Positions 38,669-47,900 of a stretch of DNA of 64,000 nt are shown piece after piece. The stretch is taken from positions 1 through 64,000 of the IMG/VR virus record IMGVR_UViG_3300002141_000156. The stretch is one strand, 5' to 3'. The translations under genes were made by a program, and so were the position numbers. Each line of letters starts with the position of its first letter. Position 1 is the first letter of the stretch. Under the pieces are notes generated by a model. That model was given only the letters and a program-made list of their open reading frames with translations, was not told the DNA's origin and made no database searches. The DNA is from a virus.

Positions 38669-39145
38669 TTAGTCCCACCACTTGTCTATGTTAGTTGCAA
38701 GGTACAAGTAAGCATCTGCTTTGTCTTTAGCATATTCTTCTCTTGCCTTTGCTAATTTAGCAGTAAATTCTTTTTTATATTTTGCTTCATCTTTTGGTGT
38801 TTTGACAAATTCTCTATCAAATAGTATTTCATGACAATGCTCACCATACTTCTCTGTTCTCATTATTCCTTTTCCCCATTTCTTATCTAACTCCTTATGT
38901 GCTGGTTGTTCATAATGCTCCCAACAATCTCTTGTGCGTTTCAATTTACTAATAGCTATTTCTATTTCATCAGCCGTCTCCCAGCTGTTAGCAAGATGAG
39001 TATCTTTAGATAAAAAGAAATCTCTTTGATGTTCTAACTTTTTAATTAAAATGTCTAGTGTAAATTCACTGTCCCAATCTTGGTCATTCCAAATGACTGG
39101 AAACCATCTAATTAAATTTTTAATTTTGCTTATTGTTGTTTTCAT
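38669..39145 (-). CDS. hypothetical protein
   Basis: 158-aa ORF, W.PVIWNDQDWD...KWWD. Confidence 0.72.
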   Translation of the reverse strand: MKTTISKIKNLIRWFPVIWNDQDWDSEFTLDILIKKLEHQRDFFLSKDTHLANSWETADEIEIAISKLKRTRDCWEHYEQPAHKELDKKWGKGIMRTEKYGEHCHEILFDREFVKTPKDEAKYKKEFTAKLAKAREEYAKDKADAYLYLATNIDKWWD

Positions 39146-39150
39146 AGTTT

Positions 39151-39420
39151 CTATCTGTTTAAGTAAATTGTGTCTCCAATTGTAAATTTCAATGAAGCAT
39201 TAAATGATGGATGTGGGATTACTATTAAACATCCACAAGGAGTAAGATATCCAATAGCTTTAGTATCATTATAAATTATTTGTTCTACAATACATGGTTT
39301 GTTTTTGTTTTCAGGCAGTGTGTAAATGTATTCATACTGCTCACAAGTATTCCAACTTGGTGCAGTCTGATATTGTCTACAGCTTACCATTAATATTAAT
39401 GCAACTATGTATTTTTTCAT
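39151..39420 (-). CDS. putative lipoprotein
   Basis: MKKYIVALILMVSC lipobox-like N-terminus. Confidence 0.55.
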   Translation of the reverse strand: MKKYIVALILMVSCRQYQTAPSWNTCEQYEYIYTLPENKNKPCIVEQIIYNDTKAIGYLTPCGCLIVIPHPSFNASLKFTIGDTIYLNR

Positions 39421-39629
39421 GGTTGTAGTGAATAATCTATCGCCATTATAAAGTCTCTGTTTGGGTCTCCAATTTCACCATTAGTTTGTATTAATGATGA
39501 TACTACCCAATTGGCCATTTCTTTGTTTATAGCAATGCATATTAGTTTGGTTTGAGATATTTCTCCTACGTCAGGATCTGTGTCTTGAAACCACACTTGG
39601 TACCTATTAGTATCTATCGGTTCAGTCAT
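39417..39629 (-). CDS. hypothetical protein
   Basis: 70-aa ORF overlapping neighbours. Confidence 0.6.
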   Translation of the reverse strand: MTEPIDTNRYQVWFQDTDPDVGEISQTKLICIAINKEMANWVVSSLIQTNGEIGDPNRDFIMAIDYSLQP

Positions 39630-39846
39630 TTGATGGTGTTTGTTTACTTATTAATGGCAATGCAGTCGGTATTATGAGTCGGATTGTGTCTCCCTCATTG
39701 TATTTTGAGTAAGTGTAAAGTGTTCCACCAGTGATTATCTTTTCATGTGAATTAGATAGGTCCTTTACTTCATACGTGTAACCATTTGATTCTGTCTGGC
39801 AACATAGTACTAAAAATAATTTGATTGTTGTTATTGTAGTATACAT
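39622..39846 (-). CDS. hypothetical protein
   Basis: 74-aa ORF. Confidence 0.55.
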   Translation of the reverse strand: MYTTITTIKLFLVLCCQTESNGYTYEVKDLSNSHEKIITGGTLYTYSKYNEGDTIRLIIPTALPLISKQTPSND

Positions 39847-39849
39847 ATT

Positions 39850-40047
39850 TTATTTTTTAAATGTTTCGTTATAGTATTGTTCTGATGTCATATTACCTTC
39901 ACTTGTAACACCTTTTGCCCAAGAGTTCATAATTTGCTCCCTCTCCATTTCTTTTGCTTGTTCAAATAATTTTTCAAAACTTACACCTTCATTTCTCCAA
40001 TGTGTGTGTAGTTGTATTGCTAACCATTCTACTACTGTTTGTTTCAT
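39850..40047 (-). CDS. MKQTAVEWL-family small protein
   Basis: MKQTVVEWL, FEQAKEMEREQI and YYNETFK modules shared with paralogs. Confidence 0.75.
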   Translation of the reverse strand: MKQTVVEWLAIQLHTHWRNEGVSFEKLFEQAKEMEREQIMNSWAKGVTSEGNMTSEQYYNETFKK

Positions 40048-40048
40048 A

Positions 40049-40315
40049 TTAGTTTTGTTTGTTTTTAATATAATTTACTAAACCATCTAATCCTGATGAT
40101 ATTTCAGCTTCATAGTGAAATGGTTTATTGCAGTTGGGTAATTCTTTATCTTTATATTCTTTAATTAGTAATAAAAAAGCATTAACTATCTGCTCCTTCT
40201 CCATTGCTTTGGCATGTTGAACAATATCTTTAATTATATCCCATTTATCCATTGGAATAAAATCTATCTTTTGATTTAGTTCATTAACGAGCCATTCAAC
40301 TGCTGTTTGTTTCAT
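40049..40315 (-). CDS. MKQTAVEWL-family small protein
   Basis: MKQTAVEWL, AKAMEKEQI, ends NKQN. Confidence 0.75.
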   Translation of the reverse strand: MKQTAVEWLVNELNQKIDFIPMDKWDIIKDIVQHAKAMEKEQIVNAFLLLIKEYKDKELPNCNKPFHYEAEISSGLDGLVNYIKNKQN

Positions 40316-40316
40316 A

Positions 40317-40604
40317 TTAGTCTTGTTTGTTTAGTGAGTTGATAAATACTTTTAAATTATCCTCTGCATGAGTTCTATTTTCAGAAACTTGATTAAATGG
40401 CACTTTCATAATTCCACTAATGTAGCAGTAAGTATCAAAAGCAAATTTAATCATATCTTCCTCTGTGTATTTCTTATCAGCCATATCGTGTAATAATTTA
40501 TGTATGGTTTCAACCTTATCACTCACTTCCCAACAAAGTGATTCTATACATTGAGCATCTGTTTTGTTTGGGAACGCTTCTTTATACTTTTTATATCTTT
40601 CCAT
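40317..40604 (-). CDS. hypothetical protein
   Basis: KKYTEEDM segment; ends SLNKQD. Confidence 0.7.
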   Translation of the reverse strand: MERYKKYKEAFPNKTDAQCIESLCWEVSDKVETIHKLLHDMADKKYTEEDMIKFAFDTYCYISGIMKVPFNQVSENRTHAEDNLKVFINSLNKQD

Positions 40605-40637
40605 TAGTCTTGTTTGTTTAGTGATTATATGTTGATT

Positions 40638-40805
40638 TTAATCTGGTAATTTATCCCAGTTGCCTGAAACTAAGTGCCAAGTAAAAAGACCTATGGTGTC
40701 TAACCAACCTATATTCTTATTCTCCCATAGCCAAATCCAAGTTCCCACAATTAGTGGGACTGGAAAGATTGCTAAACCTATAATTATTCTAAATGTCTGT
40801 TTCAT
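40638..40805 (-). CDS. 55-aa membrane protein (not in ORF track)
   Basis: MKQTFRIIIGLAIFPVPLIVGTWIWLW...NWDKLPD; ATGA overlap with the phosphoesterase stop. Confidence 0.6.
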   Translation of the reverse strand: MKQTFRIIIGLAIFPVPLIVGTWIWLWENKNIGWLDTIGLFTWHLVSGNWDKLPD

Positions 40806-41482
40806 ATTTCAAATGTATTTCCGTGACTGCTTAATTTTCCAAACTTACCATCAGTTACTACACTTCCATTACTGTAAATTGTATCGTGGTTTGACAGTTT
40901 CATTGTTCCAGCATTGATGATGTCTTCATTGTTGTGAATGTGTCCAAACAAGCATAGTTTAGGATTTAAAAGATACACGCGTTTTCTTAATGCCTCATCT
41001 CCACAAAATTCTATATAATTTAACTGGTGATAAGCCAAGTCTAATATTCCTTTAGGTGGTCCATGTACAACCACAATGTCAACATCATCTGGAATTTCTT
41101 TCCATATGTCATGTAAAGCACTTCTCTTCTTGTTAAATGCCCATCCTTGACCAAATGAAGGTGTAAATGGAGAGCCCCATATTTTTAAACCCTCTACTTC
41201 AGCATAGTCATTTTCTAAGTAGACAATTCCATTTTTCATGAAGTCAATTTTTGTAACAAGATTTCTTTCAATGCATAAATCATGGTTTCCAGCAACAAAT
41301 ACTTTGTGCTTGATAGGCAGTGAACCAAACCAGGAGATAAAGTTTAACATTTCTTGTTCACTTGCATAAGGGTCTCTTGGATTAGTTGCATCACCACTAT
41401 GAATTACCATATCTATTCCTTCAGGTACTTTTAACAGTCCGTGGTAGGTGTGGGTGTCACTTATGTGCCAAATTTTGATCAT
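40802..41482 (-). CDS. calcineurin-like metallophosphoesterase
   Basis: SDTH, HSGD, AGNHD, HGPP, FGHIH. Confidence 0.9.
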   Translation of the reverse strand: MIKIWHISDTHTYHGLLKVPEGIDMVIHSGDATNPRDPYASEQEMLNFISWFGSLPIKHKVFVAGNHDLCIERNLVTKIDFMKNGIVYLENDYAEVEGLKIWGSPFTPSFGQGWAFNKKRSALHDIWKEIPDDVDIVVVHGPPKGILDLAYHQLNYIEFCGDEALRKRVYLLNPKLCLFGHIHNNEDIINAGTMKLSNHDTIYSNGSVVTDGKFGKLSSHGNTFEI

Positions 41483-41514
41483 TGTCTAACTATATAATAA
41501 ATTATTTTGTAATA

Positions 41515-41889
41515 CTAATAATTCAACCACTTATTCTCTATTAATGTTCCTATAAACACTGTTAGTTGTGCAATTTCAGACTTGTTAAGCATGTCAGATA
41601 CCTCAGCTAATGCCTCTTTGTCACCGTCAAACACCAGCTTCATCCATTCATTACTGTCCCAATGTTCAAATTCTTTTGTAATTTTGTTTGTGTATTTAAT
41701 GTCAACACTACTCTTAAAAAAGATTTCATTGTTGTAATCTGTGTACATTCGAGATGCTTCAAACATACATTGGTCTAGTTCAAGAAGACATTGTTGAGTG
41801 TAAAGTAAATCTTGTGGTTCTGTCTGTGCTGGTATTTCTTCTTTAACATACCAAGTTCCATTTATTTGTATTCTGTCTTCTGCTTTCAT
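41515..41889 (-). CDS. hypothetical protein
   Basis: 124-aa ORF (RIQINGTWYVKE). Confidence 0.7.
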   Translation of the reverse strand: MKAEDRIQINGTWYVKEEIPAQTEPQDLLYTQQCLLELDQCMFEASRMYTDYNNEIFFKSSVDIKYTNKITKEFEHWDSNEWMKLVFDGDKEALAEVSDMLNKSEIAQLTVFIGTLIENKWLNY

Positions 41890-42428
41890 AGTTTTTCTAT
41901 TTCTTTTTTAACTTCAGTCCAATAGTCATATCTTATCATTAAGTCTTGACTATATAGTATTTTTTTAATTTCGTCAACCATAACTAAGACACACTGCTTA
42001 GCTTCATTATAATCTAGTGACTTAACTTTAATTTGATAATCAACAATTAACTCAGATGCTCTTTCTCTTGGTAATGTATTCCAGTCTTCAGTGTGTTCAT
42101 AAGCTCCATCAGGACCAATTTGAAAATCATCTGAAACATATGGTTCATTTTCCAAACCATCCATTAAAGTTACGTCCCAATCTTTTAATTCAGCTTCTTC
42201 AGGTGTAAGTATCTTAGCGTATTTAGGAAAGTGATCAGGTCCGCTGTTATCATAATCAGTGACTATTTCAAAATCTACTACTAATCCTTCATTCGAGTCA
42301 TACAACTTTAGTCCATCTATATTGCCATTGTCTACTAATGGTAGTGAGTTTTGATTTTTGTTTATACCTGTCCCTTCATCATAAATTACTATCCATCCTT
42401 GTTCTGTTTTATGCAGTGTTCCTTTCAT
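41886..42428 (-). CDS. hypothetical, apparently mosaic protein
   Basis: Start reassigned to MKGTLHK; distinct blocks, ending AKQCVLVMVDEI...YWTEVKKEIEKL. Confidence 0.7.
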   Translation of the reverse strand: MKGTLHKTEQGWIVIYDEGTGINKNQNSLPLVDNGNIDGLKLYDSNEGLVVDFEIVTDYDNSGPDHFPKYAKILTPEEAELKDWDVTLMDGLENEPYVSDDFQIGPDGAYEHTEDWNTLPRERASELIVDYQIKVKSLDYNEAKQCVLVMVDEIKKILYSQDLMIRYDYWTEVKKEIEKL

Positions 42429-42429
42429 A

Positions 42430-42672
42430 TTAGTCTTGTTTAAATGTTTGATTGTAATAATCTTCTGGTGTTTCATTAAACCGTGATATATCTCCTTTTA
42501 TAAAAGCATCTTCAATTTGTTGCTTCTCCATTGCTTTGGCTTGGTGGAATATATTTTTTTCTCCAAATAGTTTGTCTTGTGCTCCTTTCATAGCGTACGC
42601 TCCATCTTCTTCAAAGTAAGACATTATCTGAGTTATCTCTTTTTCTAAAAATTCTACTGATGTTTTTTTCAT
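42430..42672 (-). CDS. MKQTAVEWL-family small protein
   Basis: MKKTSVEFL, FHQAKAMEKQQI, YYNQTFKQD. Confidence 0.75.
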   Translation of the reverse strand: MKKTSVEFLEKEITQIMSYFEEDGAYAMKGAQDKLFGEKNIFHQAKAMEKQQIEDAFIKGDISRFNETPEDYYNQTFKQD

Positions 42673-43577
42673 TAGGTTTGTGTGTTTAGTTTAATATAGT
42701 GAAACAGTGCAAGATCTTTAGCTTTTGCCTCGATTTCGCAATCAAATTCAAATCCATAATCTGGAATAGTCTCATATATATAATCAGCATGAGAACGATT
42801 AATAACTGATGCATCCTCGTGAACCGCTTTTGAACTTGAGAAATGATGTAACGGAGTATGCCCATGCCAAGTAGTAGCCGCAAGTTTTGCAGCAGCCTCA
42901 CCAGATAAGTCATTTGTACAAAAAGTATGATGAAAATGGTCAAATGTAATTGGGCACCCAACTTTCATATAAATTCCGTGATATAGATCAACAACACCAT
43001 ATTGGCTTGCCTTATCATCATTTTCAACAACAAGTCGAGCACGAGTAGTGGGGGTAAGTTTTGTAAAATTATCGCAGAATCGTGCAAGTGCCGAGTGTTT
43101 ATCGCCATATGAACCGCCAACATGAATATTAATTGGAAAACTAGGATCTGCAGGAAGTCCCATAAGATCCATGATACGGGAATGCTGATCGAGATCATAA
43201 ATAGTTTTAGTAACAATAGATTCAGTTGGGGAAGCAAGTACATCAAATTGTCCAGGATGAAATGAAAGACGCATTCCATGAAATTTGACAAATGTGCCGA
43301 TTTGGGTAAGAGCCTCACGAAGTGTGCTAAAATTAGGAAGATCCTCAAATCGATATTCGCTCATCCATGGAAATATATCACTTGACATGCGATAGACTTG
43401 AATATTATTTGCTAGATTCCACTCTAGGATTTTACATAAGTCACGAATATTGGATTCAGCTAATTCGGCTGCTCGAGGAAGACCATGTTCTAACCATGTC
43501 TTTTTTATCATACCGCGATTAGTGGTGATAGCTTGATCTTTTAAAGTAAGATTAATGCAACAGTATCCGAGTCTCAT
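42672..43577 (-). CDS. uvsE: UV-damage endonuclease
   Basis: MRLGYCCIN, RMSSDIFP, RLSFHPGQF, NIHVGG, LVVENDD, FDHFHH, HAD, EAKAK. Confidence 0.93.
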   Translation of the reverse strand: MRLGYCCINLTLKDQAITTNRGMIKKTWLEHGLPRAAELAESNIRDLCKILEWNLANNIQVYRMSSDIFPWMSEYRFEDLPNFSTLREALTQIGTFVKFHGMRLSFHPGQFDVLASPTESIVTKTIYDLDQHSRIMDLMGLPADPSFPINIHVGGSYGDKHSALARFCDNFTKLTPTTRARLVVENDDKASQYGVVDLYHGIYMKVGCPITFDHFHHTFCTNDLSGEAAAKLAATTWHGHTPLHHFSSSKAVHEDASVINRSHADYIYETIPDYGFEFDCEIEAKAKDLALFHYIKLNTQT

Positions 43578-43707
43578 AAAGTTATGATACTACACTTTTC
43601 TTCTTTTTTAAAATTTCATTCGGGTGCGGGGGTAGTACTAAAGTACTTCTATAGTAATTATTAAAGAAAGAATAAAGACTAGCTAGTACTCCCGCCCACT
43701 AACCCTT

Positions 43708-43733
43708 TTCTACTAGGGAAAAAGGAATGGTTT
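43708..43733 (-). promoter_or_regulatory. putative leftward promoter AAAC-N16-GTAGAA
   Basis: Recurring motif in the divergent intergenic region. Confidence 0.5.
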
Positions 43734-43758
43734 TAATAAAATATATAAATTTATGTTG

Positions 43759-43785
43759 AAACTATTTATGCACATGGGTGTATAA
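43759..43785 (+). promoter_or_regulatory. putative rightward promoter AAAC-N17-GTATAA
   Basis: Recurring motif, upstream of the resolvase/gp55 pair. Confidence 0.55.
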
Positions 43786-43815
43786 CTTAATTAGGATCAA
43801 AATAATTAATCATGA

Positions 43816-44478
43816 GTGGTAATCATAAGTATCGATTTTTCAATATTATATCCAGGAGTATGCATCTGTCGAGACTTTAAAGACTTTAAATGGCTAGCAG
43901 TAGTCAATACCAAAGTCAGAAAAAAGGACGAAGCCCATTTTGACTGGATCAATTCATACTACCCAAACCTAAAGATCTTACGAACTACTTCAAAAAGAAG
44001 AAAGGACGAACTATATCACATCACAGAAAGAATCAAGCTTGATAACTATCTAGAGCTAATTGAGATTCTAATTTCAGCAATCAAAGAAGAAGTAAAAGAC
44101 GAGCAAGATGTTATAGTATGTCTTGAAGGCATCTCTTTTGGTTCTAGCGGAAATTCACTAGTTGATATTTCACAGTCAACTGGTATCTTAAAACACCAAT
44201 TAGTAACCCAAATCCTTAATAATAAAACTGATAGGTTTTTCATCTTCAGTCCAAGCGAACTTAAAAATGCAATTGGCTGCAAAGGTAATGCAAACAAGCA
44301 TGACGTACTTGCAAAATTTAAAAGTGACCCAATTATCGAATCAGTAAAGGATTCAGACCTATACAAGTTATTAAATACTGAAGATTGGGTAATCGACGGA
44401 GAAAAGATCCTATCTCCAATCATAGACATGACTGATGCCTACTTAGGTGTTGCAAAAATATATGGGCTTTCAAAATAA
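43816..44478 (+). CDS. RuvC-like Holliday junction resolvase
   Basis: ISIDFS..PG, VCLEGISFGS, PSELK...GNANK, DMTDAY. Confidence 0.75.
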   Translation: MVIISIDFSILYPGVCICRDFKDFKWLAVVNTKVRKKDEAHFDWINSYYPNLKILRTTSKRRKDELYHITERIKLDNYLELIEILISAIKEEVKDEQDVIVCLEGISFGSSGNSLVDISQSTGILKHQLVTQILNNKTDRFFIFSPSELKNAIGCKGNANKHDVLAKFKSDPIIESVKDSDLYKLLNTEDWVIDGEKILSPIIDMTDAYLGVAKIYGLSK

Positions 44479-44487
44479 TCAATAGAT

Positions 44488-44886
44488 ATGACTAGAAAGA
44501 AACGTGGTGACATACACTATATTAACAATAAAGATTTTACTCGATCAATTATTGAAAGTAAGACAGTGGATGTGCTAACTCCATTTGCAATCGATTGCTT
44601 TATCTCATTAGCAAATCGCGCAGTAAATCGTCTCTATTTTCAAGACTCTCGCGATCGCGAGGACTGTATTCAATCCGCAATTCTTGACTGTTTAAAATAT
44701 TGGAGAAGTTTTGATGAGACAAAGTCAAAGAATCCAAACGCGTTTGCATATTTTACCCAAATATGCAAAAATGGGTATGCAAAAGAGTGGAAAAAGATCC
44801 ATAAGAAGACTGGACTTGATAAAGATGAGCCGCTTGAATTTATTTCATTGGGGTATGGCGGAGAAAGTTCAATTTACAGCATTTAG
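44488..44886 (+). CDS. late-transcription sigma factor (T4 gp55-like)
   Basis: HYINNKDF, REDCIQ.A...CLKY...FD..KS.N..AFAYFTQI..N. Confidence 0.88.
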   Translation: MTRKKRGDIHYINNKDFTRSIIESKTVDVLTPFAIDCFISLANRAVNRLYFQDSRDREDCIQSAILDCLKYWRSFDETKSKNPNAFAYFTQICKNGYAKEWKKIHKKTGLDKDEPLEFISLGYGGESSIYSI

Positions 44887-44897
44887 TATCAACGTGT

Positions 44898-44906
44898 AAT
44901 AAATAA
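44898..44906 (+). promoter_or_regulatory. putative late promoter AATAAATAA
   Basis: Directly upstream of the structural operon. Confidence 0.45.
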
Positions 44907-44928
44907 TATAAATTCCTTTATTTTTTAA

Positions 44929-47900
44929 ATGGTAATTAGCAATCTTAACTTCTTTGATAAGCTGGGTCAAAATTTAAACCTTCAGTTAAATGCAACAACT
45001 AGTGTGTGGGAAGGAAAGATCTATTTCAAGGGAATATCGACTTACTTATTCGATAATGAGAACTTATTTATGCTTGAGGTGGTTGGACCAGACTATAAAT
45101 TTCCTGTATTATCACCAAACCAGAGCATTTCCTTTGAATGGACAAATAATAAAAACCGCGATCAGTTTTTTCTCTATGATGTAGTTAAAGATCTTGAACT
45201 TGACGAAAATTTTATTAGTAAAGTCGAAAGTAAAGTAATTAGGTACTCAGATATTGATCAGTCAAACAGCTTAGCTCCGCTAGACATAAAGATTCCGCTA
45301 CAAGTAAATATTGCATTCAGCCCAACCGATGAAATAATATTCGAAAGAACACTTTCGATCTACCTAAATGATATAACCAAGACAAAGATTGCTGAGCTCT
45401 ATTTTTATGGTGAAGGAATTGAAGAAGAAAAAAGATTTAGTGATTGGGCAACGAATTTCGGCATTAAATTCTTAAAGGAGGACGCCAATATCCTAAAGGA
45501 TTACGATATCAAGGAAGCTTTTCCTAATTTAGAAGCTTTAAATAGTATTCGAAAGCAATTACTTGTAAATAAAGATCAAATTTATCCATATATTGGAACT
45601 TACCGCGGACTTGTTAACTTTATAAATATACTCGGGTACAGGGACACACTTCAAGTAAAAGAATATTGGACTAATATTAACCGTACGTCATCGTATTTCA
45701 ATAAGATGCTAATGGTTGACCTTTCTGATTATTTAGATGATGGAAAGATTGATACTCTTGACCTAACTGATAAAAATAGTGGAATCCGAGGCGGTTCTCA
45801 ATTTAAAAAGACTGAATTCTTAGCAATTGTATACCAGTTTACTGTGGCAACTGATACTTATGACGATGATGGAGTTCCAATAGTTGTTGAAACTACTGAG
45901 TTTACCGTAAATGAGATCTTCTACAAGCTAAACTTACTAAATGCTAAGCTTAAAAATGAATTTTTACCAATAAACGTAAAAATCAAAGATATTATTGGCG
46001 AATTCATCTACTTTCAAAAGATGACAATCGGTAATTGGAATGATTCAACTCAAATCTTTGACTACGATCTTAATGACCCGGCTGAAATTATCGCATATCC
46101 GGGCCAAGACGTAAATTTAACCCTACGTGCAATTGATCCACTATATCGCCAAGCAAGTACAAACGGCTTTGACCTAGGAATTGGTCGAATTAATGAGTCT
46201 GCAAAGAATCCATTCGAATTTGGACAAAGATACCTTACCCATGCAGATAATGCAGCAGTAATTGAATATATTGAGACATTTTATAACGAAATTAGGACGC
46301 AACGCTTTCCAAATCTACGTAGTAGACTAACTTGGGAATTTGGAGATGATCCACAGCGTATAATTGGAGCACCAGTCGTACTTTCTATCGATTTAGGTAG
46401 ATTTACGATCGATAATTTACGTGGAGTAAAACTTGAAGACCTAGATGCAATAAATATTGGAATAGATCCACACTGGACGCTTGAAAATATTGATTTTAAG
46501 AATTATTATGAAGTTAATTGGAGAATTACCAAAGAGTCTCCAAATCCATATAATTTTGAACATCGTGGGAAAATAGTTGACCTCTATGAAATTGGCCATG
46601 TTCTACCATACGCTGGAAAATATCGAATTACAATAGAACTATATGACTTCTATGGTCATGTCAGTGTATTTAGTCGATTTGTTACTGTGCAGGACGACAT
46701 GAAACCTGAAATAATTGGTTTTGCTAGATTAGAGGACAAATTTGAATATTCTGTCTCAAATCTAACAAATGTTCAACTCCAAGATTTTGGAGCGTCTCCG
46801 CTTTACTATCCTAAAGTTAATGTTCTAAACAATGAAGACGCTGCTGTAAAAATCGATATCTATAAGAACTTATTAGAGTGGATTTCATTCTACAAGAATA
46901 GATATGGTATGGGTCAAAATATATATGACGCTGAACTATATAATACTAGCACAAATACGTATATCCCATATCAGGATCCAGCACAAAACCATCCAAAGAA
47001 ATCATATTGGGGACTTGGCGATGGCGATACTCCAATTACACTAAATGATTTTAGCGGAATGCAAATTGATGAACTATATTGGTTACGACTAACTGATCTT
47101 ATATACTTGGATGATTTTGAGGCGGGTTTTTATATGCGTAATCCTAAACCTGGAGACAAAATTAGAATGTCTCTATTTTCAGATTATATACTTCCACCTT
47201 TTACTACACTAGAAGACCTTGTACAAATTTTAAACGATAGTGATCACCCTGGAGTTAAATTGTTTAATTATGAAATAATTAATGGCCGGCACTCAGACTA
47301 CCAATATATTATCCATGCTCAAGCAGAGTATCTAAGTAAAGAAATGTATCACATGCTTGCTTATCCAGGAGGAGGTAGTCCAAGTCCAAGCCCAATATTT
47401 AGCCCAAGTCCAGGTGGCGGTTCAGGTTTCCGTGGTGATGAATACACCTTCTTCTTACCGAAAAAAGTATTTTCAAAACCAGCAATTGATTATCTTGCTT
47501 CACTTTCACCAGTATTTGATGTAGAGACGATGTTTTTACACGCAAAAACAAGTGATGTTTTATCTGGTGCTGTGCAGGATCCTAGTTTCTGGCAAGATAC
47601 TCACTATTGGAGATTTAATAATGATGTTCAGACTGGATATCTGCCAACCACCATTGACCAGAATGCATTTAATATTACTGACATTAAACTCTATGAAGAA
47701 ACATTTGCTGTTCCTGAAAATGGAATTATCTTCTTTGTAATCAATAACCTAGATGGTAAGAATGATTTTATCTGGAAATTAAAAAATACAAACACTGGGG
47801 AAGAAATAATAAGAGTTAAATCTGTCCCATTCTTTATTTGGAAATTTAAAGATCTTGGAGATTTTACACTAAGTTGTGATGTGTTCGATAATCGAAACAC

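Larger units (their letters stand above)
40024..40624. repeat. direct repeats at gene junctions
   Basis: 40024-40064 vs 40292-40332 (38/41 identical); 40316-40337 identical to 40603-40624 (22 bp). Confidence 0.9.

Noticed and set aside
40024-42441. Junction repeats as integron attC sites or DGR template/variable repeats
   Set aside because: They are not palindromic, there is no long repeat pair with adenine-specific mismatches, and no integrase or reverse transcriptase is in the window
47368-47430. GGGSPSPSPIFSPSPGGGSG as an inserted element
   Set aside because: An in-frame low-complexity linker with no mobility hallmarks
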